DNA of 56,129 nt from Alloascoidea hylecoeti. Lineage: Eukaryota. Numbering within the stretch: position 1 is the first letter of the stretch; each line of letters opens with the position of its first letter. The translations under genes were made by a program, and so were the position numbers. A model generated the notes under the pieces. That model worked only from the letters and a program-made list of their open reading frames with translations, was not told the DNA's origin and did no database searches. The stretch lies in the NCBI GenBank assembly GCA_001600815.1, contig BCKZ01000001.1, positions 1,769,389 through 1,825,517 of the forward strand, in the 5' to 3' direction. Shown here piece by piece: positions 30,222 to 41,002 of this stretch.

Positions 30222-33200
30222 TAGATTTAAGTAGGAAACCGAAGAGAGAGAGGAGTTGAAAAAAAAGGGAGGAGAAAGTGATGGCTTGGTGTGCAATTTA
30301 TATTATGTTTCAATTTCGATCGCAACAATATAACATGTTTTGTCTTTTATATAATTATAATAAGCATCATTGAAAAGTGAGCGTGTCATAAATACAACTA
30401 TCTTCTTGCCTGGTAACAGCATCATTTACAGAAAAACGTTAGCTATATTTTTATAGCTATATTACTATTACATATACTTTTCCATTGGTATACCTTTATA
30501 TTGTTAAAACCTGGATTACCAAGAAGAAATTCTTTTTTATTTTATTGCGCAGAGTCTGTAGACGTATCATGCATATGGGTAAGATTAGTCTAGCTATTTT
30601 TACGTCATATTTGATATCTCATATATAAAAGCGACGTCGACAGTACTATGGTAATTAATACTTTTGTGGCACGAACTCAAAATACAGTATATCCACTATA
30701 GCTAATTATGGAAAGCTTTTCAAAAAAGTATCTATAGCCTTAACTTATAAATACTCAAGAGATATATGTTATCAAATGGGGTGTATCAATTTAGCTTTAT
30801 TATTATAATTATAAGTTAATTCTGGTATCGACTAAATTTCAACATCAATCTCTTACCGGATATTAAGTAGGAACCTTCACATTCATGTCAAGCCGTTAAT
30901 TTTTATATTTGGTACCGAAAGTTTGTTTTCACGGTAATATTAATGTTTCAGCCAAAGCTTTTTTGAATTCATTGTCTTATATAATTAATGTGGAGCAATC
31001 CATGGCCATGATATCCATTATCCAACATATTTTACTTTGTCAGCAGCACCAACAGTGGTCCAACACAGGCTTGACCCACGTAGCACAAATTTTAGAAATG
31101 GCCTCGCTGCTCAACATGATTAGCACTGAATTTTAGGGCGGCTCCCCTCAATAACAGCCCCTAAATTATTGCACATGGCTCATTAGTTAAATTGGCCAAT
31201 CTTCCAGTTTAATATATCTTAATTATTCTTTTTCAAAAAGAAAAATTAGTATCCTATTCTTGTGAGCTAGGGTGTCTAATGAGATAAAATACGATAAGGA
31301 ATTGGGTTCCTTTGAACATATCGCGAGCTTAGACGCCAGAGCTAAGGATAAATAGTTTTGGAATCGTGTTCATTCTTATAGCTCACAAAATAATGCCTCA
31401 CATATATACTGGGCCTTACTGCCAGTACTTGTTTAGTTTCCCAGGTTTAATAAATAGTCTCATTCTTATATAAGTTTTGTAGTTTTGTAAACATCATTAG
31501 CTGTACCCTGTAATCTCCTAAGATTTGGGATTCATAATTAGTATTATAGTAGTTGGATAATATAATCGTAATAGCTATAAGCTTATAGATATATTATTTG
31601 ATAGGTAATTTTGTTATTGGTAGGAAATAGAAAGTCATGCAGGTGTCCCTAATTTAACAAATATAGTTACAAAATTAATACAAATTAGTTATGCATACCG
31701 CATATGCATGTTAATATGACATGTAGCTATAGTCTAATTGCAAGAGTAGTAAGCATATATATATATATAATATTACACGTTTTTAATATATGATACTTAA
31801 TGGCATCGATAAATTTATATTTATAAGCTTTAAAAGTGACTGGTATTTTACAATAATATTATTTCATTTATCATGTTTACACATAATATTTCAACTTTAG
31901 AGTTTTACATATTTTCAAAAACTACAACTGGTATTGAAAGCGTTATATAGTTAACGAATGCTAGCGCTATAGCGCTCTCTTTTAATGGATTTACTTATAA
32001 ATGATTTTGTCATATACCATATCATTAATATAATGTTCATATATGGAAAGAGAACTCAAGTATGCGGAATTTTTGATGTCAAAGACATGAGTATTATAAA
32101 TTAAAAAAATCCATATCTGAATCAATTACAGTGCTAGTATTGGTTATACTTATATTATGTATAGTGGAGTTTTAAAATGATCAATTGCAAATATTAGGAA
32201 TATATCCTATAAGGCCTTATATTATTTACTTCAAAGTTGCAGACTAATAGCATACTAAGATGTAAGCTTAAAATTAAGCTTAAAATTCGAGATACTCTAA
32301 CTGTATACGTATAGAGCTATATAAATAAATAATTGTATCTCTTCATAATATATATTATTATCTAAATTAATGCCTATAGCTCTATATGTAATCAATGCTC
32401 AGTAATTACTATACTTTAAATTTAAAAGCAGTTCGCTACCTCTGTAAAAATAGTTACAAGCTTAAAATATTACTAGGAACTGATAATATATATATTTGAA
32501 TATTGAGGTAATGCTCAAAATTGTAGGATTTTAATTAAGCTTCATGATCATGTAGCCAATTATTACCATATACTGTACAATTGAAATAGCTTATAGACCT
32601 ATATTAACGCAAATTAAAATATACCCATCTATAGGGAGCTGGAGTTTCATGGGCGATCATGATCACTATTACGGCTAAATTCCTCCAAATTTACAAATGG
32701 AAGTTGAAATCCAAATCCCAAAAAATTACGGCCATAAGATACATAACTTATATCATTAATGTTGATATTATTAATTTAATATCGAATATCCAGAACTTTC
32801 CGTTATAAAATAAAATAACTGCTGGTAGCCGATCGTAACAATTGCATAAGATAAGCAAACGCATATACATAGGAATATTAATGATTAGTCTTGCTATAGG
32901 TATACGTAATTAGCTTCCTGTTTATCTACTGTTTGGCTACTTTTGGATTCGGATCAAAATGCACAAATACAACAACACATTAAATTTAAATTTATTTATT
33001 TCCTAAATTTTCAATTAATTAGCTAACAAATTCTGTCGTAATCTACTTGAATAGATAATATATTGAAAATTTAGTATTATATAAACTTAATTATAAGCTA
33101 AACTATAGTAAATTTGAAAACTAGATCTAAATCTAGATCTACAAATATTAATTAATTAATAAAATATAAAGTTCATATAGCTATAGCTAAATCGATTCTT

Positions 33201-34146
33201 ATTTGAATTAAGAATCAATTCGAGATACATTCGTATAACTTTAAGTGAAAGAACGCTCCTGAAAAGTAATAATCGCATTATACACACATTACAAGAAAGT
33301 GTAAAAAAATAAAAAAAGGATTGAGATTACATATATTATATATTAAAAAAAAAGAAGAACTATCTATTAAGACATATATTTGTCAAATATCAAAGATCTG
33401 CAATTTTTGGAGATCGTGATCGATATCATGACTTCATCAAAATGAATTAAATCAAAAGATGAAAAGATTCAATTCCTTATAATTAAGCTTTAATTTAAAT
33501 AAATTTCACGTATCATATATGCATGATTACAAAAATTCATTCTACGGGGGATGCCAGGATTTTGTAAATTATATCTGGTTAATAGACAATTGCAACGCTA
33601 TCAGCGATAGATGTGGATATAAAACTAAATGTGACAAAAAAAAAAGAAGGGCAGAATCTACGTATAAGGCCCTTATATCACCCTTATGTCGCTAATATTA
33701 ATATTAAATTCTTAAAATATATCTAGGATGACTATAGAGCAATTACAAATAAATAGAATTAGTTCCAACATACAAGGAATTATAATTGCAAGCTTAGATA
33801 TTTGAAAATCTTCATAATATTGATATATGCTTACATGTTAGATAAGTGAGGCAGACACCAACCCAACTTACTTGTAGTTAATAGCTATATAATCAGTCCA
33901 ACTAATTCATATTATATAATAGCGCTAGCAGTATAGCTGATTGGAATTGAAGTTTTTTTCCAATATACGTATTAAATTAAAAGAAGCATTTTTGAATAGC
34001 ATATATCAACTAATCATCAATATCAATATCAGAAATTAAATCAAAAAAGTTAATATAGGCCTATATGTAATGTAATACAATTGGAATCCAATTAGCTGTG
34101 TTAATTCGCAAACTATAAAATACGTATTTGATATACAAATTTGGAT

Positions 34147-34176
34147 TTGTAATAATTTGTAATAATTTGTAATAAT
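34147..34176 (+). repeat. 10-bp tandem repeat (TTGTAATAAT)x3
   Basis: Read directly. Confidence 0.8.
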
Positions 34177-36115
34177 ATTTATAAATGAGATCAAAAATAA
34201 AATTATAGATGCAGCAACTAAAATTTGTTTATATTTATATTAAAGGGTACACATTTAAAGCGAGCAAGAAATCCGCAAATGCATTAAATTTAAATTTATA
34301 TAACGCATGGCAGGCAGTAAGATAGAATATTTGGCGCATAAGCTTTCACAAATCCAAACGGGATATTATAATTATATGATGAAAATAATTTGAAGTACTA
34401 GTCTTATAATTAAATAATAAAAATTAGTTGTGTTGAAAATTATTCAAAGCTGGATACAGTGGATAGTAGATACCAATTAATACATATTAGTATAATGCGA
34501 GAATTTCTATCAAAGTTTATTTGATTTTAGCTTTATGATACCATCTGCATATTGCATAATTAATACAACTGTGGTATTCATTTATACCTTAATTATATTT
34601 ATTATCGAAGAATACCTGGCAGATGCAGACACTACTAGGATATATTTGAGGTTTCTATACTGGCTTCTATCAATAATACTTTATATAACCATATTAGTTT
34701 TTAACTTGTCCCAACGAGGTGAAACAATCACAATATTAAATCAAATTTAGCGACTAGTTATTATGGATTTGGAAATTTAAACATCTATTAAGTGCAGGTC
34801 TCACTATCAGGTTTTAAATCTCTGCTAATTAGAAGAGATTACGTATATGTATACAGAAGAATAACATAGCTTATAATACCCCGGACACCTATAAATGTAT
34901 TTACAATTGAAATCTTAGCATAGCTGTACATTTGTTTGGCTTTCTTATATACTATGCGCTAGTTGTTATCCAATTGCAATCTAGTTCTGAATAGAGTAAG
35001 ATTGAACATGAAATGCATTTGCGATATATATATATATGCATATGTGCATACATGATAGCAATTAGGCCAAAAATGACCTAGTTAGTAGTATGCATAGTCT
35101 TGAACGTATACCATCTACCTGATCTATTAGTTAAATGTTAGTATTCGTACCCAAGCTTAGATTGTGTATCGGTTGTACCATAGTCAATAATTATTGTATA
35201 TCTTTTCGTACAAATAGAGCCCGATAATTGACCAACAATGAGATCGACAATTACAAGAAATTTTAGTTGTACGATTTTTGTACATCTAATTATATAGAAA
35301 GTTGGAAACCCTTATAATTATATAAGTCTATACCTTTGAACTAGCTCATAATCCGTTAACATTTAAGAATGAAGGACAATCATTTTGTACTTTTTTTTTC
35401 TTTCAAAAATCATTGAGGTAATTATATAATTAAGGATGATTTCTTCTAGGAGTCAATCAATCATGCCCTAGAGTAGTCTTGGGCGGGTTGATTATGAAAT
35501 CGTGTAAAGTTTTGGGAGTCAAGGCCAGCTATGTATAATAGCTTACCAATTGAAGTCATCTTTATACATAAATATATAAGCTATATAACGAAGTTTATAA
35601 AGTCGATAGGTCTTGACTCACATAATATTCCCTTATATAAGCCTGTCACTTTTACTTTTTACGATTCTAAATCCCAAGATAGAAATTGTCTGCATTAATA
35701 TATAAATCTGATGTTCTTTAAATTTTCAACTGTAGGTTTCAGTATTTTTCTGTATGATTAACATTTAATTAAAATTATTAGAACCCATTTTCTTGTGTTC
35801 ATTATTAATATAGGTAATATTAATGTTAATAATAATAATAATATTTTTCAACTCCTGCATTTTCTTCCAAATCATTTTCCTTTCTTCTTCTTTCTTCTCT
35901 TTATTTCTTTTGTTCTTTTAAAATTTAATCTCTAGGCGGTCAAGAGCACAAAAGTTGCCTATTCTTATAATACATTTTCGATACGAATAAGCAAGATCAA
36001 GACTCAATTGCAAATTACTTTTTCAATTTGATCTGCTATATTTAGATGCTATTTGAATTGAGTTAACATTTATACGGTTTTTTACTCATTGGATTTTAAG
36101 AACAATTTTACGACT

Positions 36116-37423
36116 ATGAATTCAAGTAATAGCAATAATTCTAACCAGTTCCCTTATAACTCACGGACAACACAATCTTCCCCTCCAAGTTCATCATCGC
36201 TACGAACAAGATCGCCATACATGCCATATCAAGGGGTGCAGAATGATTTTGAGCTAAGGCCGCCAACTTATCATTCTACCTCGCATCCGATAGATGTTTG
36301 GCAAGAATGGTACGAGAACAACCAGAGTATTATTAGAAGAACTTCTTCATCAAATGATTTGACTGGTATTGATGCTCGATATTGGAGATATCCCACAAGT
36401 TATGAATATACAGACACTTTAAACCAGAGGGTCGTTTGGGGCCCTTTCTTGACGGGTACCGAGCGGGTTGAGCTCGATAATCAATTACGGGTTAGTATAT
36501 AAGCCTAATTAATTTGAAGCTTATAATTATAATTGAGAATGTGAATTATATGTTTCTGAAAGGTAACTAGAAATACTAACCAACAATTATTAATTGTCAT
36601 TTTTTAGAGGTTTATGAAACAACATGTTGGATTTAGACCCAGACCAAGGTCATTCTCTGTTCAGTCCTCTAGGAACTCGTCTACGTCTTCCTCTGCATCT
36701 GGCGTAAGCTCTCCTTCTGTTTCTTCTTACGGGTCGTCTTCAAGCACACTTGTTTCTATACCTGAAAGAAAAAGGATGGATGAAAACGATCTGAAGAAGG
36801 TGTTTCAAGATGATAACTCAAATTCTCACTCTTTTTCTGATATATCGTATAGCCCTATCAAAACTAGTGGGTCAAATAGGAGGTCACAAAACACTAGATT
36901 TAAAGATTCTTCAAATTGTGCAACATATCCGGACCCGACACTGACATCTTTTTTTTCATCTTCACCTTTAATACTAAACCAAACATACTCTGAATCATAT
37001 CTTTCTTCCGGTTCTGGTACAAAAACTAGTAAGTATTTTTCTTTTTTCATTGAATTAAGTTTCTAACGCAAAATTTAAGGTATAAATTCATATTCTAAAC
37101 AGATAAGTCCATCTTCTGAGTGGAGCAATTGCAACTCGCCTGCAACAGGTTCCCGAATGTCCTCCGACTCTAATTTCTGGGTTTCTTCGGACTCAAGTCC
37201 AATTGCAAATATTTCAGGCGTGATACATAGAACACGGCAAATAGCACATGCTATCTCAGCAGATGATATACAATCGCAGCCTAATGCAGCTTATTCAGCT
37301 ATTGCTCCACAAAGTCGTGATGGTGCGGTGGATGCTTTCATAAACTCAAATGATCACGTTAGTGACAACCAACAATGCATATGGAGTGATTCTTCCTACT
37401 ACAATAAAAAGATACAGGACTGA
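36116..37423 (+). CDS. Ser-rich hypothetical protein, 3 exons, ~379 aa; possible GCR1_C-like DNA-binding domain
   Basis: Exons 36116-36490, 36608-37028 and 37080-37423. Introns GTTAGT..TACTAAC..TAG (117 nt) and GTAAGT..TCTAAC..AAG (51 nt) join three listed ORFs in frame. Ordered core IDVWQEWYENNQSI...YWRY. Confidence 0.7.
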
Positions 37424-39217
37424 CTGACAGCTGATAATATAAATACCCATGATTACGATCGCAGCCGTTCCTCAATAGGCATATTCGGTTTGTATATCTA
37501 AAATTTCGTCGATATGCATATGCATATGTCTTTATATTGGCCGCCTATAATACACATAAAGTAAAGTATCTCCATATAAGTGAACGGAAATTTACAATGG
37601 GAAGTCAACGACCTATAAGTTATAAAAAATCAAGGAGATTATAGGATGCATGGTCTAGCTGCATCATTGATTTTCTTTAAAATATAAATCTTTCAAGTAA
37701 CTGAACATGGGAGTGATGTATAAAGAACTCATGTATACAGTACATGTTATTATTAATTATATATATGGAATGTCGCGATCGTGTTGATCACATTCATATA
37801 TTTAGTTTTTTTCTAATCTATCCATTGTTTTAAATTTTATATTAATTATTGTTTATATATATATTTATTCTTAGGGTTAAAACATTGCGCTTTATTTTGC
37901 TATTAATTACAATTGGTATAAGTATAAAAAGATTATATTTAAATTAAATTTAATTCACCTAACAAGATCATATTAATTAATTATCATATTATCGATATGA
38001 ATCATGTGTACGCCGATTCCAAACTAATTAAAAAAAGTTGATTAAGAATTTAAGATTAATATTCATAAATCTCAGTTGGAGTATTATTTTATACCATATT
38101 AATTTTTAGAGTAGCAGTTACCTAGAGAATTTTTAGGCCACTTAGAATATAATTTGATTCTGAATCAACTTTCTGATTAATGTTAGATTCTCTCGCATTT
38201 GTAATTAGCATCATCATCATGTCATTGGTGGTGAAAAAAACAATAATCGATCATTAGTTGGTAAAGGTCACCAATTTCAAAATAAAATGCAATATAAAAT
38301 AATCAATAGAATTGTACTATCAGTTATTATTACTACCAGTTCACCACCATATATTGTTCTTTTATCCTTACAAAATTCCAATATATTCACATTCCCGATA
38401 AAAAATAATTCTATTAATTCTTATAGTTTCACTTTTAAACTTGGGTATCAGAAAACCATATATACAATGAATGTTAAACTAAAAAAAAATGTTATATATA
38501 TCCGTACATTATCTCATCTAGATCTGTACCTAACGGTTTAATATATTGTTATTATACATAAAATTATAAATTCGAAGTAAATAAACTTGATTTATCTTCC
38601 TTTCATATTGCCGTAATCTAGTAGTTGCAATACTGTAACTCGCATCATTGTAAACCGGTAGATGATATAAGACATAGCTCTGGTAATAATTAACTAATAG
38701 CGATATACAAATAAATGTACGATTATGGGGTTCTAATACCTCCTGTGGACAAAAAGAAGAAATAATAGAAATATAGCTGAAATAAACAACGATTTAAATT
38801 GCAAATCAATTTCGTGTAGATAATAGAAGAATCACCTATAAATCGACCATCCATACATCTGTAATAAAACCAGTACTTATATTTATTATTATAATATGAT
38901 CACAGTCGGCCGTGGACAATTTAGTGTATCTTGTTATCATTATTACGCCATGGATAAGTATTTGGAGATTTTACCCATACCACACGCAATGCATATGGCT
39001 ATTCACTATAGCTATATGGGCCCAATCGCTGGAATCGTTGGTACCCGTATGTCTTATTCAACACAATTCGCCTAAAGTTACAGTTACCATCATTTACATA
39101 TATTGTTATTCTAAAATAAATATATGAGATATCAACATTAATTAGATAGAGAGTTTAAGCTACTAGTTAATATATAGGCCTATATTAACATGTATAGGTA
39201 TAAAGTTAAAATGCATA

Positions 39218-40897
39218 TCAATCTATATCCATATCCATATCCATATCCATATCCATGTCCATCTCATCTAAGTCTTCATCAGCAGTTACTTGTTTCAACC
39301 CACTTTTGTTAATATTACTTTTAGATTGCTCAATATCAACAGCCATCTTTGATGTTGGAATTATTTTCGGGGTATCTGATTCCTTTTCCTCTTGTAATTT
39401 TGCCAGTCTCCAGCTTCTTTCGAAAAATAAGTTCGGATGGGTGACATGAAATTCCTCAACATCATCAGAACTTTCCAACTTCCCAACAATATTATAACCG
39501 TTATGTGTATATTCAAAAACTCGAGTACATGCCAAAGTGTAATTTTTTTGTTTCACATCATTAATCACTGAATTTAATTCTACATTTTTAATTCCAAGCG
39601 TATTTAACTCAGAAGTTAGTCTTTCAACATTGAAATCGCGATAAGGACAACCGTGAAATTCGTTGCGACCAGGTTTACTTAATCCATGAATTCTATTACA
39701 ATCCATCGGTTGATAATTTCGCCTGCTTCCTTCCAATCCATAATTATGACGAATGTTATATTTGTAGTCCGAGTTAAATTTGGCCTCTGGTACTTTAGGT
39801 CCAAATGATTTTTGCCAAAATTTTAGGGCTTCATCGATCGACAACCCAATACCTTTCAAGAATAGACTATATTGTTGACGCCCATCATGCCGTAAATGAT
39901 GATTTATGGATAATCCATTTTGTAAATTCTTCATACATAATGGAAAATGTTGTTGTAGTTTTTGAGTAGCAATAGTATCAGAATTAATATCACTATCATT
40001 TTGGACTTCATTTGGTTGATATTCAGAAGCGGAATAACCAGAAGATAGATGATTTAATATCGGCAGCAATCTATCATCTTCATCCATTCGTGGCAATGCC
40101 TTTGCTGTCCTATTTAAAGTAGTTTCGAGACGCGATTGAAACTCGGACACCAGGAGAGATAATTGTAAACAACTTGGAACATAGGCTTTACCACCTTTCA
40201 TAAAAACAGCACGAATTGAAACTAAGTCAATGACCTGCTCAAAATCTAATTTGAAAAATGATTCGCTTTCAAAGTAATTGTGAAGCTGTTGAGTGGATAA
40301 AGGAGAGGTCGAATCGTTAAAAGATTGATAATAGTTGGAGATTGATGAACAGGAAGAATTGTATAATTGAGTTGATAAATTTTCTTTTTCGATTTTTGAT
40401 ACTGGTGTCCAATTCAAATTTGCAGATGCGACAAACTGCCTTCGGTCATTAACATCATCACTGTTATAACGAATTTTAAAAAGAGTTGATTCAGCTTTGA
40501 TGAAACGTGTTCTTAATTCTTGAGATTTGCAAAAAGCTAACATAAGAATATAATGAGAATAGTGATCCTTTTTTCTTTCCAGATCACAAGTTCTTGGATC
40601 TTTGGACGCGGTGGAACTTAAAGGTAAATATTTATTTATTACTGGCCTCACTACTTGCTCAGTTTCTTTGAAGGTTCTATTTCGCAGCTGACAATTCTCA
40701 ATAGCCACCAGTACTTTTAATCGTTCGATTGCCCATGTTTCAAACTGGTCTAGAGTGATCTCTTCTGTTGGTGGACCTGAGTAAAATGATAGTCGGTTAG
40801 GAAATTTCATATCACCAGAAGTGTAGGAAACCTTCACCGAAGGAGATGAAGCAAAATTCTTCCGTGACTGAGTCTTTCTTTTTGATTGTCGAAACAT
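39218..40897 (-). CDS. PRI2: DNA primase large subunit, 559 aa
   Basis: Motifs PPTEEITLDQFETWAIERLKVL, RKKDHYSHYIL, HFPLCM, GRQQYSLFLKGIGL, YNIRHNYGLEG, HGCPY, LACTRVF and HPNLFF, which include the 4Fe-4S cysteines. Confidence 0.97.
   Translation of the reverse strand: MFRQSKRKTQSRKNFASSPSVKVSYTSGDMKFPNRLSFYSGPPTEEITLDQFETWAIERLKVLVAIENCQLRNRTFKETEQVVRPVINKYLPLSSTASKDPRTCDLERKKDHYSHYILMLAFCKSQELRTRFIKAESTLFKIRYNSDDVNDRRQFVASANLNWTPVSKIEKENLSTQLYNSSCSSISNYYQSFNDSTSPLSTQQLHNYFESESFFKLDFEQVIDLVSIRAVFMKGGKAYVPSCLQLSLLVSEFQSRLETTLNRTAKALPRMDEDDRLLPILNHLSSGYSASEYQPNEVQNDSDINSDTIATQKLQQHFPLCMKNLQNGLSINHHLRHDGRQQYSLFLKGIGLSIDEALKFWQKSFGPKVPEAKFNSDYKYNIRHNYGLEGSRRNYQPMDCNRIHGLSKPGRNEFHGCPYRDFNVERLTSELNTLGIKNVELNSVINDVKQKNYTLACTRVFEYTHNGYNIVGKLESSDDVEEFHVTHPNLFFERSWRLAKLQEEKESDTPKIIPTSKMAVDIEQSKSNINKSGLKQVTADEDLDEMDMDMDMDMDMDID
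39225..39262 (-). repeat. Coding hexamer microsatellite (ATGGAT)n encoding an MD repeat at the Pri2 C-terminus
   Basis: The + strand reads (ATATCC)n; the protein ends MDMDMDMDMDID. Confidence 0.9.
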
Positions 40898-40982
40898 TTC
40901 AATTCAAAATATATTGTGATAAAAAGAATATGAGGTTTGCGGTTTATAATGAGCCTCAAGGAAATAAATAAATTTAAATGGG

Positions 40983-41002
40983 ACGCGTTCAAAATCTCGC
41001 GT
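40983..41002. promoter_or_regulatory. MCB elements (ACGCGT 40983-40988; TCGCGT 40997-41002) in the PRI2 promoter
   Basis: Two CGCG-core sites 86-105 bp upstream of a DNA-replication gene. MBF control of replication genes is established in yeasts. Confidence 0.8.
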
